Shown: piece by piece, positions 27,713-37,918 of the stretch | Position numbering within the stretch: the first letter of the stretch is position 1 | How the letters are laid out: every line of letters begins with the position of its first letter | Position numbers and translations under genes: made by a program | From: a virus | Lineage: Duplodnaviria; Caudoviricetes | DNA: 62,724 nucleotides | Strand: one strand, 5' to 3' | IMG/VR virus record: IMGVR_UViG_3300014323_000033 | Location: 1-62,724 of that record | The notes under the pieces: generated by a model | What the model was told of the DNA's origin: nothing | Seen by the model: the letters and a program-made list of their open reading frames with translations, nothing else | Databases searched by the model: none

Positions 27713-28860
27713 GTGCCCGCCTTCGTCGCTTGCATGAACGTCCGAAAGCCGTCCTGCGGGCTGACGCGCATGGTGAGCTCTTCGATGTAGAACCGCCCCG
27801 TGGCGCCGCCGAGCGAATCGGCCACGGCGTCGCAGGTGGTGTCGACCACGTAGGGCGTGTCGTCCCCGGGCCGCTCGCGGTAGGCCAGGCCGTACGTCTC
27901 GATCGCCCACGCGTCTTGACGGCGCAGGCGCTCGGAGAGCTCACGCCCGACGACGCGCGCCGCGAGCTCCTTGGTGCGAATGCCCTCGTCGATGATGAGC
28001 ACGGGGCGGAACCCGATCGTGCTGTCCCCCTTGGCCGCGAAGCCCGCGTCGATGAGCGACTGGTTCGTGCGGCCCGCGCTCACCTTAGCCCGCTGGAAGC
28101 TCTGGCCGCCGCCGTACCCGAAGGCGTAGAGCGACGTCGGTGCGCCGCTCGTGTCCTCGACGCGCGCGATCCGAGTGACGTTGTTGGCGGCCCCGTCCTC
28201 GCCGCGGAAGCACCGGAAGTAGTAAAGCGGGTCCTGCTGGTCGTCGGGCGCCGCGATCACGATGCGGCCGTCCGGGCCATCCCAGAGCATGAGGCCGTGC
28301 CGCCGGAGGTGGCGCGCGAGCAGTTGGAACGTGGTCTCCCCGGGCTGGACGTTCGCTTCCTTTTCCTTGAGCGGCTCGAGGTCCTTCGGTGCTCGGCCCC
28401 CGCTCGAGCTCTTGCCGGTCATCACGTTGCGCGAAACGTCGCCGCGGAAAATCACGTCGCGCTCGGTCATGCCGTGCTGCTTGATGGCGCGCACGACGAG
28501 CTGCTTGAGCGTCATCCCGACGACGCGGATCGTGGCGTCGGCCGCGCCGATGTTCATGTCGGCGAGCTTCGTGCGGAAGACGCATCGAAGGCTCGAGCTC
28601 TGCGCGGCGTCGAACGGGCTCTCGCGCATGACGACCTGCCCGCGCATCTGCTGCCGGCCGTTGACGGCCAGGTCGAAGGGCGCGCCCGTGGCGACGATCT
28701 CCTTGAGATCGCGGTAGCTGCCGTTGTCGCCGATCTCGAACCCGGCCTCGCTCGGCTTGAGGATCGAGCGCGTGACGTGGCAGGAGGTGTACGCGTCGAA
28801 GCTGCCGCCGGCGCCGGTGGCGAGCGAGCGGAGCTCGACCTTGTCTTCGGGGGACTTCAC
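27700..28860 (-). CDS. Baseplate hub protein (Mu gp44/P-like)
   Basis: VQPGET.FQLL.R..R..GL.LW.G.DG.I.I motif; synteny. Confidence 0.8.
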   Translation of the reverse strand: MKSPEDKVELRSLATGAGGSFDAYTSCHVTRSILKPSEAGFEIGDNGSYRDLKEIVATGAPFDLAVNGRQQMRGQVVMRESPFDAAQSSSLRCVFRTKLADMNIGAADATIRVVGMTLKQLVVRAIKQHGMTERDVIFRGDVSRNVMTGKSSSGGRAPKDLEPLKEKEANVQPGETTFQLLARHLRRHGLMLWDGPDGRIVIAAPDDQQDPLYYFRCFRGEDGAANNVTRIARVEDTSGAPTSLYAFGYGGGQSFQRAKVSAGRTNQSLIDAGFAAKGDSTIGFRPVLIIDEGIRTKELAARVVGRELSERLRRQDAWAIETYGLAYRERPGDDTPYVVDTTCDAVADSLGGATGRFYIEELTMRVSPQDGFRTFMQATKAGTWVL

Positions 28861-29849
28861 GGCCAATGCTGGTACACCCGGTAAACGCCGGGCGGCACGT
28901 AGAACGGGTCCTCGATCCGCTCGCCGTTCAGGTCGAGCAGCACCTCGGCGGGTTGCTTCACGAGGGCCGCGATCTGGAAAATGGTCGTCTTCTGCTTCAC
29001 CTCGTACGGCTGCGTGGCGGGCAGCGAGCGCTGCCGCTCCTCGGCCGCGACCCACGTGAGGTCTCGGAGCTGCGCGAGGCGCTGCACGGCCACCGGGGCC
29101 GGCGGGCTCGTGCCGCCGTTGCGGGCGTTCGCCGTCACCTCCTCGGCCGTGCGCACGAGGTCCTCGATCGCGCCGTCGATCGCGCGGGCCTGCGCCTGGC
29201 AGTCTTCCACGTAGCGGCCGGGCGCCTGCAGGATGCCCTCGAGGTCGGCGCAGAGCACCTTGATCTCGGTCACGAGGTCCGACCAATTGTCCTCGTACTC
29301 CATCGAAAACGCCGTCTGCTCGGCGAGCCGCAGATGCCGCCCGAGCACCGTCGGGTTGGCGAACGCGGCCGCACCGATCGCGTCCTCGCTGTCTTCGATG
29401 AACACGAGGTCGAGCACGGCGAAATCGACGAGGTCCTCGGGCGTGCTCCGCTTGAACTTGTGTGCGCGCGCGCGGGCGAGGCCGTCGGTCGGCACGAAGA
29501 GATCGCCCGTCTCGTGCTTTGCGAAGAGCCGGAGCACCTTGAGCATCAGGTCCGGGTAGAGCGGCACGTTCGGGTCAAGGCCCTCCTCCCAGATCGCGTT
29601 CCCAAAGACCGCACGCGGGGTCCAACAACGCGCGTTCGCGCCCGTGTCGTCGAGCTTCTCGCCCTCGCGGTTCGGGCGCGGGATCCGGACGATGCGGTTG
29701 TCGCCCTCGACGTCGTCGTGCAGCACGGGGAAGGCCACGCGCTCGCCGGCGACGGTGAAGCTCATCACGGAGTACTGCCCCTGGACGGTGGCCTTCTCGG
29801 GGGCGAGCGTCTGCTGCGGGGTGACCTGGTTCGGGTCGATGACGGCCAT
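28857..29849 (-). CDS. Mu gpN-like (DNA circularisation/tube initiator) protein
   Basis: Follows tape measure; P.REG...DDTG N-terminal motif and LysM-like C-terminus (LLDLN..IEDPFYVPPG). Confidence 0.72.
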   Translation of the reverse strand: MAVIDPNQVTPQQTLAPEKATVQGQYSVMSFTVAGERVAFPVLHDDVEGDNRIVRIPRPNREGEKLDDTGANARCWTPRAVFGNAIWEEGLDPNVPLYPDLMLKVLRLFAKHETGDLFVPTDGLARARAHKFKRSTPEDLVDFAVLDLVFIEDSEDAIGAAAFANPTVLGRHLRLAEQTAFSMEYEDNWSDLVTEIKVLCADLEGILQAPGRYVEDCQAQARAIDGAIEDLVRTAEEVTANARNGGTSPPAPVAVQRLAQLRDLTWVAAEERQRSLPATQPYEVKQKTTIFQIAALVKQPAEVLLDLNGERIEDPFYVPPGVYRVYQHWP

Positions 29850-29857
29850 GCTCTAGC

Positions 29858-31930
29858 CTAACCTCCTCCGGGCCGCGCCGGCGGCAGCACGGGCGCGCCG
29901 CGCGTGCCGATCGACCCGGGCGGGTTTGCCAGCTCGACCTTGAGCGTCGAGCCCTTGAGCGCGTTCGCGAGCGTCTGCGCGAACGACGCCGTGTTCTTGA
30001 TCTCGACCTCGGGCGGGCCGCCGGGCGTGACGCCGCCCTTGGCCGCTGCAGCGTTCAGGTTCGCGATCCCCGTGGGGACGATCTGCTTGATGTCCTTCAC
30101 TGCGTCGTCGCCCACGAGGCCGTCCTTGTGCATCTTCACGAGGTCGAGCGCGCTCATGGGGGCGTTCGCGCCGAGCTTCTGCGCGTCGAAGCCCATGGCT
30201 CGAGCCTGCGCCTCGTTCTCGAATTTGCGGCTCATCTTCCCGCCGATCTCCTGCGCGTCGAAATCGGTCTTCGCGTCCTGGACGGCGAGCTGTAGGCGCT
30301 CCTTGTCGGTGAGCTCGCCGCGCTTGTAGCGCCGCCCCTTCTCGCCAAACTTCTCGACGGCGCCCTGCTCGCTCATGCCCTGGGCCTCGTCGATTTGGGC
30401 CTGCAGGGCCGTCGCCTCCTGCTTGCGCTTGTCGGCGTGCTTCGCCTCGATCGCGTCTTCGATGGCGTTGCCGATGGCCTGCCCGACCGCGAACGCGGCC
30501 GCCGCGATCACGACGGGGCCGAAGGCCGCAGCGGCGAAGCCCGAGCCCGCTTTGCCCACGCCGCCGAACGCCTGCTCTGCGAACGAGGTGCCGGCCTTGC
30601 TGAGCGCGCCCTCGAGGAAACTCTTGCCGACGACGGCGCCGGCGACGCCTGCACCGGCGCTCATCGGATTCTCGGCGACCCACCCGATCACTTTCGAGAT
30701 CACGTCCGCAAACTTCGGCAGCGCGGCCGCGAGCTGGTTTATCGCCTTCACGATCTCGGGCCGGCCCATGGCGTTCTGCAGCGTGTTCAACGCCTGCTGG
30801 AACTTCACTTGCGGGTCCTCGGTCCGCTTCATGGCCTCGGCTTGCAGGTCCGCGGCCGAGAGCGTCTGCTTGCCCGCGTCCTGGATCGCGGCGTCGAAGG
30901 CCGCGAGGCCCGCCGCGGTCTTCGTCTTGATGTCGCCCTTCGTCTGCTCGAAAGCGCCGGCGTAGGTCTTGCCGAAATCGACGAGCAGCTTGAGTTGGTC
31001 GCCGGTGAAGACCTTGGCGAGCTCCTCGCGCTTGCCCCCGGTCTTGGTGAGCAGTTGCTGCAGGGCGTCCTTTTTGAGCGTGCCCTGCTTGTCGACGAGG
31101 TTGAGCTTTAGCTCCTTCTTGGCGCGCTCGACCGTGGCCGGATCGACCATCTTGTCGAATAGGCCGGTGACGCTCTTGATCGTCTTGCCGAGGTTGCCCG
31201 TCGCCGCGTCGGCGAGGTTGAGCATCCCCATCATGCGCTGAAACCCGTCCTTGCCCTCGAGGCCGGCGAGCTTCGCGGTCGCGCCCACGAGGCCGATCTT
31301 TTCGCCCACGTCCTCGATCCCGATCCCGCCCTTGGACGCGGCCGAGACCACGGCCGCGAGCGCGTCGGGGAGCTGCTCGGCCGTGATCCCAAACTTTTCG
31401 TTGAGCTGCCCCGCGATGACGGTGAGCGAGCCCACGCTCGCGCCCGTGGCCGTGGCCGCCTTGGCGATCTCGTTCGCGCCCTTCTTGGCGAAGTCGATGT
31501 CGCCAATGTCGTCGTAGAGGGCGCGGATCGTGCCGGCCACCTCCTCGTTCGAGCGGCCCCATTTCAGCGCGACGGCGTTGCCGTCGGCCATGAGGGCCTT
31601 GAACGACACGGCCTCGCCCTTGCCCGCCTTGAGCTGGAACGCGAGATTCTTGTACGAGGTCTCGAGCTGGATCGCGGCGTGCGCTGCGCTGCCGAGCGTG
31701 AAGGCGCCGCCGAGCGTGCCGGCCATCGACGCGAGGCGCTTGACCTCGGAGCCGAGCCCCTTGAGCGTGTCGCCGACCTTGGAGATGCCGGCGCCCCACA
31801 TTTGGGACGACTTGCTGGCCTTCTTGCTCTCCTTCTCGACGGTGTCGCCGACCTGGCGCATCGAGACGATGAACTGCCCGTTGTCGAGCGTGAGCTTGAC
31901 GCTCGCTTCACGAGACGCTGCGCCGGCCAT
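29858..31930 (-). CDS. Tail tape measure protein
   Basis: 690 aa, Ala/Gly/Lys-rich helical, after the chaperone. Confidence 0.85.
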   Translation of the reverse strand: MAGAASREASVKLTLDNGQFIVSMRQVGDTVEKESKKASKSSQMWGAGISKVGDTLKGLGSEVKRLASMAGTLGGAFTLGSAAHAAIQLETSYKNLAFQLKAGKGEAVSFKALMADGNAVALKWGRSNEEVAGTIRALYDDIGDIDFAKKGANEIAKAATATGASVGSLTVIAGQLNEKFGITAEQLPDALAAVVSAASKGGIGIEDVGEKIGLVGATAKLAGLEGKDGFQRMMGMLNLADAATGNLGKTIKSVTGLFDKMVDPATVERAKKELKLNLVDKQGTLKKDALQQLLTKTGGKREELAKVFTGDQLKLLVDFGKTYAGAFEQTKGDIKTKTAAGLAAFDAAIQDAGKQTLSAADLQAEAMKRTEDPQVKFQQALNTLQNAMGRPEIVKAINQLAAALPKFADVISKVIGWVAENPMSAGAGVAGAVVGKSFLEGALSKAGTSFAEQAFGGVGKAGSGFAAAAFGPVVIAAAAFAVGQAIGNAIEDAIEAKHADKRKQEATALQAQIDEAQGMSEQGAVEKFGEKGRRYKRGELTDKERLQLAVQDAKTDFDAQEIGGKMSRKFENEAQARAMGFDAQKLGANAPMSALDLVKMHKDGLVGDDAVKDIKQIVPTGIANLNAAAAKGGVTPGGPPEVEIKNTASFAQTLANALKGSTLKVELANPPGSIGTRGAPVLPPARPGGG

Positions 31931-31963
31931 GGCACGAGCGTACGGGCGGCGGTCCGGGCCGGC

Positions 31964-32176
31964 CTAGAACGGCTCCTCGCCCCGCTTGCGCGGCGGGATC
32001 ACTCCGAAGAGCGCGGCGAGCCTTCGGGCGCTGATTCCGTCGTCGGGGCTTCGGTGGGCGACCTCGAGCTCGAGGGCGGCTGCCAACGCGACGGTGTCAT
32101 CGCTGAGCAAAAAGCTGCCTCGACCGAAAGCATGATACAGGCGATCTGCTCGAGCCCACCTAAACGCCATAAAGGG
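31964..32176 (-). CDS. -1 frameshift extension of the tail chaperone (GT-like)
   Basis: C-CCT-TTA heptamer at 32176-32170; -1 frame open to TAG at 31964. Confidence 0.7.
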   Translation of the reverse strand, partial: PFMAFRWARADRLYHAFGRGSFLLSDDTVALAAALELEVAHRSPDDGISARRLAALFGVIPPRKRGEEPF

Positions 32177-32676
32177 CGTAGGTGGCCCGCCTTTCGGATT
32201 TCGGCGAGCGTTTGCCAGAGCTCGTCGGGCTCGAGGTCGGCCACGCGCGGGTCGTTCATGAGCTCCCAGTTGTCGAGCTCTTGGTAGAGGCCGGTGAGCA
32301 CGCGCTCCTGCGGCACGGCCTCGTAGAGCACGGAGCCGTTCGCGTACTTCTGATCGAACGGGGCCGCGGGCTCACGGATCGCGAACGCGAGCTTTTCGAC
32401 GCGCTCAAGCTCCTCGACGATGTCGGCGTCATGCGCGTCGTCGCCGATGCGGTCCGGCTTGATCTTGAGCTCCTGCGCCCACGCGCGCGCCCGCCGGCGC
32501 GCCTGCACCCGCTGCAGGTTCGTCGAGCACTGCAGCACGACGGGGACTTCCTTCACCTGCCCGCGCGCGTCGCGGCTCTTGATGGACGTGGGCAGCACCG
32601 GGCCGTTTGGCCCTTCTTGGACGCCGAGCTCCTGCCAGCGCTCGGCGAGCTTCGCGGCTCGCTCTACTGCATTCAT
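31999..32676 (-). CDS. Tail assembly chaperone (G-like)
   Basis: Between tube and tape measure; contains in-frame slippery heptamer. Confidence 0.75.
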   Translation of the reverse strand: MNAVERAAKLAERWQELGVQEGPNGPVLPTSIKSRDARGQVKEVPVVLQCSTNLQRVQARRRARAWAQELKIKPDRIGDDAHDADIVEELERVEKLAFAIREPAAPFDQKYANGSVLYEAVPQERVLTGLYQELDNWELMNDPRVADLEPDELWQTLAEIRKAGHLRPLWRLGGLEQIACIMLSVEAAFCSAMTPSRWQPPSSSRSPTEAPTTESAPEGSPRSSE

Positions 32677-32710
32677 GCCGGGCTACCCTAACGGGGAACC
32701 CGGGCGGGCG

Positions 32711-33088
32711 CTAGCGGCTGATCTTGCCGACGAAGGAGCAGGAGCCTTTGGTCGCGTCCTCGAGCGGGCCGTCGAGGTTGCAGTCGGTGTACATGCCGTC
32801 GATCGCGATCGTCTTCCCGCCGGGGAGCTTCGCCCGGAGCTGCCGGATCGTGCCGTCGAGCACGTCCTCGAGGTACGGCCGTTCGATGCCCTCCTCGTCG
32901 ATGACGAAGTTGAACGTCACCTTCGTCTCGGGCTTGCCCTTCACGACACCGGCCTGCGGGCGCCGCAGCGTGTGCTGCTGCTTGCCCTTGTTCGAGGTGC
33001 TGATCGTGAAGTCGGTCACCTGCATCAGGTCGCCGTTCCCCTGGGCGAGGTACGCCTGCGGGTACTTGAGCTGCTCTTTGGCTGCCAT
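32711..33088 (-). CDS. Tail tube protein
   Basis: 125 aa beta-rich ORF directly after the sheath. Confidence 0.75.
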   Translation of the reverse strand: MAAKEQLKYPQAYLAQGNGDLMQVTDFTISTSNKGKQQHTLRRPQAGVVKGKPETKVTFNFVIDEEGIERPYLEDVLDGTIRQLRAKLPGGKTIAIDGMYTDCNLDGPLEDATKGSCSFVGKISR

Positions 33089-33124
33089 GGTCGCGTGCTC
33101 CTAAGGGCCGGGGTGCTCGGGCGG

Positions 33125-34639
33125 TTAGCCCACCTTGTGGACGACGCCGCTGAACTTCGCGAGCGGCTTGAGGATCTTGAGCGGGACGAAGATGTTGACC
33201 TGGCTCTCGTCGCTCGCGTCGATCTCGACGATGACCTCGCCGCTCGTGATCGCGGCCTCGAGCACGGGCCCATTCGCGACGCCGAGCGGCACCCAAGCGC
33301 GCAAGCGCGAGTAGACGAAGGCCTCGACGTCGCGGCGCTCGACGACGCCGGCGGGCAAGGAGTCAGCACCCGCGGGCAGGTCGGGCGTGATCGAGCAGTT
33401 GGGGAACTGCTGCGGCGTGGCGATCCGGAGGTCGTCCGAGATCGCCATGACGCCGAACGTGTCGGTCTGGTAGTACGCGCGGAAATCCGGCTGACCGCTC
33501 GTGTCCTGCGACCGCGTGGTGATCGGATTCACGATCACGCAATCGGAGCCGTTCGGCACGAAGTCGAGCGGCGTGACGCCATGGTTGAGCAGGTCCTCGC
33601 GCTCGGTGCCCGAGAGCTTATCGCCCTTCGTGTCGTGGCTGCCGATCAGCCCGAGCAGGAGATTGCCGATCCGGTTCGTGTTCGGGCGCAGGCCGAACGC
33701 TTGGAGAGCGTTGCCCATGTCGGCGCCGCAGAGCTCGGCCGGCAGCGAGCGAGCGCCCTGCCAGAACGTGTAGCTCATCCATTCGTTGTTGCGCGCCACG
33801 GCCGCAGCCTTGACCGCCGTGATCGTGCTGCTCATGCCCACGAACCCGTACTGCAGGAGCGCGTCGAGCCCCTCGTTGTGGGTCATGATGTGCGTCTTGA
33901 GCTTGTGCGCGTTCGAGCTCGAGGTCGCGTCGGCGGCGTCCGTGTTGCCCGTCACGAGGCCGATCCCCGTGTACTGCTTCGCCGAGAGCGCGGAGAGCGC
34001 GTTCGTCGCGTCGAATTCCGTGGTGCCGCCCGAGAGCGCGGCGCCACCTGCAGCGACGGCGCCGCCCGAGCCGCGCACCTTGCGCACGGCCGTCAAGACG
34101 TCGTTGCCCCAAGTGCCGGGGCCCGCCGCGTCGATCACGATCTCGCCCGGGTCGCCGGTGCCGGCGACGGCAGGGAGCGGGCGCATCGCGTTGATCGCGC
34201 CGGCGACGCGCGGAATGAAGTCGTCGTCCGGATCCTCGCCCGGGTACCAATCGACTTGAGTGGTGCGGCCGGCCACGTCGAATTCGAACGTGTTCGTGTC
34301 GGTCGGCGTGCCGGTGACCGTGTGAGTGACGGTCGCGGTGCTGCCCGAGGGCGGCGTCGGCGACACCACGTCGAGCGGGATCGTTTTGACCTGCTGGAAG
34401 AACTGGATCGAGAAGAGATGCCCCGGCCCGTTCTGCCCGAGCGCCTGCGCGACGTCGTCGGGGCCGTAGCAGGTACGCACCTCCGTGTTCGCCGTGATGT
34501 CGCCGGACGCGAGCTTCGACGAAATCAGCGCGGCCGTGACGAGACCGCCGCCGACGGCGCTCGCCGCAGCGAGCAGGTTGACCTTGAGGTAGAAGCCCGG
34601 CGTTTTGACGCTCGAGCTCATCGCTTTCGGTGCGGGCAT
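33125..34639 (-). CDS. Tail sheath protein (Mu gpL-like)
   Basis: TPG.Y..V N-terminus, G.WGND, LSGG, LL.HGVTPL, ITT motifs. Confidence 0.9.
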   Translation of the reverse strand: MPAPKAMSSSVKTPGFYLKVNLLAAASAVGGGLVTAALISSKLASGDITANTEVRTCYGPDDVAQALGQNGPGHLFSIQFFQQVKTIPLDVVSPTPPSGSTATVTHTVTGTPTDTNTFEFDVAGRTTQVDWYPGEDPDDDFIPRVAGAINAMRPLPAVAGTGDPGEIVIDAAGPGTWGNDVLTAVRKVRGSGGAVAAGGAALSGGTTEFDATNALSALSAKQYTGIGLVTGNTDAADATSSSNAHKLKTHIMTHNEGLDALLQYGFVGMSSTITAVKAAAVARNNEWMSYTFWQGARSLPAELCGADMGNALQAFGLRPNTNRIGNLLLGLIGSHDTKGDKLSGTEREDLLNHGVTPLDFVPNGSDCVIVNPITTRSQDTSGQPDFRAYYQTDTFGVMAISDDLRIATPQQFPNCSITPDLPAGADSLPAGVVERRDVEAFVYSRLRAWVPLGVANGPVLEAAITSGEVIVEIDASDESQVNIFVPLKILKPLAKFSGVVHKVG

Positions 34640-34644
34640 GGGGA

Positions 34645-35235
34645 TCAGCCTCCGGAGGTGGAATCAGCGGCGCCGCTCGGCGCCTCGCTCCCCGACGCGG
34701 CCAGCGCGACGGGCGTGCTCGGTTTGGTGGGCTCCTGCGGCGCGTCCTGCGCGGCCGCCACCTCGGCGCGCTTGCGCTCGCGGTCGGCCTTGGCGGCCTG
34801 CAGCTCCTCGACGCGCTTCTTGCGGTACGCGAGGTACTCGGCGCGCGTGCTCTTCGTGAGCGCGCCCTCGGCGAACACGCGCGTGTACTCGCGCGCGTAG
34901 CGGCGCACGTCGGCGCCGGGGATCAGCACCACGGCCTCGGGCAGGTACTCGATCCCGCCCTCGACCTTCGGGTTCCGGCGCGCGCCCACGTACGCCGCGC
35001 TGCCGCCGCCGTAGCGGGTGACGATGCCCTTGGCGGGCACGCAGCGCACGTAGAGGTCGTCCGGGTCGCTGCCCGGCTCGACGAGCTCGGCCTCCTCGCC
35101 TTCCTTGAGCGCGGGGCCCTGCTGCTCGGGCAGGCCCGCGTCGGGGCGCACACGAACGGGCGGCATGTCGTCGCTCAGGGGGCTCGCCGCAAGGTCCACG
35201 GCGGGGGAGGTGCGCGGGGGTCGTTTGGCAGCCAC
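34645..35235 (-). CDS. Hypothetical protein
   Basis: ORF filling the gap before the sheath. Confidence 0.65.
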   Translation of the reverse strand: MAAKRPPRTSPAVDLAASPLSDDMPPVRVRPDAGLPEQQGPALKEGEEAELVEPGSDPDDLYVRCVPAKGIVTRYGGGSAAYVGARRNPKVEGGIEYLPEAVVLIPGADVRRYAREYTRVFAEGALTKSTRAEYLAYRKKRVEELQAAKADRERKRAEVAAAQDAPQEPTKPSTPVALAASGSEAPSGAADSTSGG

Positions 35236-35268
35236 GCCCCGAGGCTATTGGGGCGCCGCCGCGCCGGG

Positions 35269-36291
35269 CTAGCCTTCGTCGTCGCGCGGCATGTTGGCGA
35301 TGATGCCCTCGGCGGGGAGCACGGGCAGCGGCGTCTTTTGGCTGTCCGGTGCGTCCTCCTCCGTGTTCGCCGGCAGGCTCGCGCCCAGCGTCATCTTGAG
35401 CCACGGCCGGAAGGTGCGGCCCTCGACCCGCTCGACCGTCGAGATCGTCCGCACGAGCACGCGCCCGATCGACGCGTTCGGGCTTTGCGCGATCCGCGGC
35501 GTGCGGTTCAAAATGTAGACGCCGGTACCCATGGTGGCGAGCGTCTCACCGTCGTCGTTCATGCTGCGATCGGTGAGCAGTTGCGACGCGGCCTCGAGCA
35601 GGCGCTGCGCCATCTTGCGGCGGCCGCGCCCCTCGGTGGACGAGCTCACCACGTAGATCCCGAAGCTCTCAAAGTACGTCGCGGCGACGCGGCTCTTGCG
35701 CGTGGCGCCCTGCGAGATACCCGCCGTGCGTCCCTCGACCGGCTCGCTGCCAAGCCACGCCACCACGATCGCGGGGAAGGCCGCGAGCTGCGCGTCGAGG
35801 AGCGAGCGCGCGCCGTTGTCGAGCTCCTCGAAGATCGTCCCGTACTTCGCCGGCCCCCCGCCGTCGGCGCCGGTGAAGCCCTCGGTCACCGTGGCGTACG
35901 GCTCGAGCCCGGCGAGCGGCGGATCGAGGCGCAGGCGCGAGCCAGCCACGACGGCCGCGCTCTGCGTGCTGCCGATCGCGCTCGTGAAATCGACCTCAGT
36001 GCCGGCCGCCGTGATGAGCCAATCCCCGCCCTGCTTGTGCGGCTCTTCGGTGGCCGGGTTGAACTTCGTCTTGAGCAGCAGGTCCGGGCGCTCGTTCTCG
36101 CCCGACGCGCTCACGATGAGCGGGACCGCGTAGCTATTGGGCGTGAGCAGCATATCGTCGCCCGTCGCCTTGACGATCGCTTTCCCGCTCGAGCGCGTGC
36201 CGAAGAGCACGGAGAGCTGCGAGAGCAGCCCGCGGGCGAGCAGCTCGAGCCCGCTACTGCCGTCGTCCACTTGCTCGAGAGTGACCGCCAT
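35269..36291 (-). CDS. Putative tail terminator/neck protein
   Basis: Position between virion morphogenesis gene and sheath; FPAIVVAW.G. Confidence 0.5.
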   Translation of the reverse strand: MAVTLEQVDDGSSGLELLARGLLSQLSVLFGTRSSGKAIVKATGDDMLLTPNSYAVPLIVSASGENERPDLLLKTKFNPATEEPHKQGGDWLITAAGTEVDFTSAIGSTQSAAVVAGSRLRLDPPLAGLEPYATVTEGFTGADGGGPAKYGTIFEELDNGARSLLDAQLAAFPAIVVAWLGSEPVEGRTAGISQGATRKSRVAATYFESFGIYVVSSSTEGRGRRKMAQRLLEAASQLLTDRSMNDDGETLATMGTGVYILNRTPRIAQSPNASIGRVLVRTISTVERVEGRTFRPWLKMTLGASLPANTEEDAPDSQKTPLPVLPAEGIIANMPRDDEG

Positions 36292-36302
36292 GGCTTGCGA
36301 GC

Positions 36303-36779
36303 CTACGCGCGCACCGGGCCCGAGGCCATGAATTCGCCAAGGATGAGGTCGCTCGTGGTGTCGGCGATCCCCTCGAGGTCCACGTCTAGGAAGTCGCGCA
36401 GCGGGATCACGGTGCGCGGCTCTTCGCTCACGTGGAAGATCGCGTAGGGGACGTCCGTGAACGCCTGCGCCTCGAGGCCTTCGTGCGCCGGCGTGACCGA
36501 GCCCGCTAGATTGCCCGTGTCCTGCAGGAGCTTGCGGTTCTGGCCCTCGGCCGTGCCGGTGCGAATGCGCTCGACGAGCTGCCCGATCCGCCCGGCGCGC
36601 TTGGGCCAGGGCCCCTGCTCGAACCCGCGCTCGTCTTGGAAATTCTGCTCGACCGCGGCGACGAGCTCCTCGGCCACCACCTCGGCGACGCCCTGCAGGT
36701 TACCGCCGCGCGAGAGCGTCTCGTCGACGACCTTCCGGAGCTGCTCGGTCCCCCGGAGCTCGCTCTTGACGGCGACCAC
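36303..36779 (-). CDS. Phage virion morphogenesis protein (Mu gpG-like)
   Basis: NF..E....W, LLQDTG.L..SV, VPYA..H, IP.R.FL. Confidence 0.85.
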   Translation of the reverse strand: MVAVKSELRGTEQLRKVVDETLSRGGNLQGVAEVVAEELVAAVEQNFQDERGFEQGPWPKRAGRIGQLVERIRTGTAEGQNRKLLQDTGNLAGSVTPAHEGLEAQAFTDVPYAIFHVSEEPRTVIPLRDFLDVDLEGIADTTSDLILGEFMASGPVRA

Positions 36780-37238
36780 TCAGAACCCGCCGTGCGGCGT
36801 CCCGTCGGGGTCCGTGACGACGTGTTTGGGTTGCGGCTGGATCGCGCGCGAGCGCGTGCCCATGTGGCGCCCGGCTTCGGTCTCGTCGGGCCGGAGCTCG
36901 GCGGTCGCGATGCGGGTGAGGTCGGCGCGCGCCTGCTTCGCTTCGACGGTGTAGAGCGTGGACCCGTCGGGCAGCTTGAATTCGGCGCGGCGCCCGGCAG
37001 CGCGGTCGGCCGCGATCGTGGTGGCGATCGAGCAAACGAAGTCGTCGATCTCGAGGCCCGAGAGCTTGTCTTCGGGCCAACCCTTCTGCCGCAGCGTCGC
37101 GCGCACCTCGCGATCGGCGGCGCGCACCACCTCGTCGACGGCCGCCGTGTCGGCCACGCCGTCGCGGTTGTCGTCGCAGTACTGCACGAGGCGCTCGGCG
37201 CCGATCTTGATTTCGAGCTTCGCCGCCGAGGTGAACAT
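36780..37238 (-). CDS. Head-tail adaptor, DUF1320/Mu gp36-like
   Basis: G...L.Q..DD..DG..D...V, A..EV...L, A...L..IA. Confidence 0.8.
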   Translation of the reverse strand: MFTSAAKLEIKIGAERLVQYCDDNRDGVADTAAVDEVVRAADREVRATLRQKGWPEDKLSGLEIDDFVCSIATTIAADRAAGRRAEFKLPDGSTLYTVEAKQARADLTRIATAELRPDETEAGRHMGTRSRAIQPQPKHVVTDPDGTPHGGF

Positions 37239-37247
37239 GGACCTAGT

Positions 37248-37802
37248 CTAACGCAGGTCCTCGAGGACGCCGCTTTCGATGAGCCGCCGTAGGTCGCGCG
37301 CCTTCCTGAGCCGGGCCACGAGCGCGTCGGGCAGGCGCATGAACGGCGGGCACTGGATGCGCTCCCCCTTCTCGTTGATCGTGGTGAGCGGCTGCGCCGT
37401 GTAGACGCCCGGCTTGCGCTTGAGCAGATGCCGGCGCCGGACCTTTTCCTTGGCGGCCTCGATCGCCTTGCGCACCTGCTCGGCGCTCGTGCGGTTGCCG
37501 CGTGCCTTGGCCTGCAGCGCGTCATGCGCGCGCAGCGCGGCGGCGTTCTCCTCCTTGAGCAGCGCCTCGGCGGCCTCGATCTCGACCTGGCTCTCGAGCT
37601 TCTCGACGGGCTCTTCGTCGTCCTCGACCTCGGGATCCGGATCGAGCGAGGGGTCGTGCTCGGGGTCCGGCTGCTCGTCGCCGTCGCCGTCGTCCCCTTC
37701 GTCGTCGTCGCTCTCGCGCGAGCTTCGGACCGGCTCGCTGCCGGCGACGGATTCAGTGCGGGGGGTCTGGGAGCGGGCGGGGGAGCGACGTCGTGCAGCC
37801 AT
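37248..37802 (-). CDS. Hypothetical protein with acidic N-terminal tract
   Basis: ORF between capsid and adaptor. Confidence 0.65.
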   Translation of the reverse strand: MAARRRSPARSQTPRTESVAGSEPVRSSRESDDDEGDDGDGDEQPDPEHDPSLDPDPEVEDDEEPVEKLESQVEIEAAEALLKEENAAALRAHDALQAKARGNRTSAEQVRKAIEAAKEKVRRRHLLKRKPGVYTAQPLTTINEKGERIQCPPFMRLPDALVARLRKARDLRRLIESGVLEDLR

Positions 37803-37850
37803 GACCCGGGAAGATACACGGCCAGCCGTTCGGCAAACAAGCCCCCTGCC

Positions 37851-37891
37851 AAAAGCGAAGGGCGGCCACCGGGGTCACCGGCGCCGCCCTT
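37851..37891 (-). terminator. Intrinsic terminator after the major capsid gene
   Basis: aagggcggc-gccggt...ccggt-ggccgccctt hairpin followed by cgctttt on the - strand. Confidence 0.7.
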
Positions 37892-37918
37892 GGCGTCTTT
37901 CTGGGCCCGGAGGCGAGC

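Noticed and set aside
32109-32113. T5 run as the chaperone slippery site
   Set aside because: It does not fit X-XXY-YYZ in frame; the CCCTTTA site upstream does
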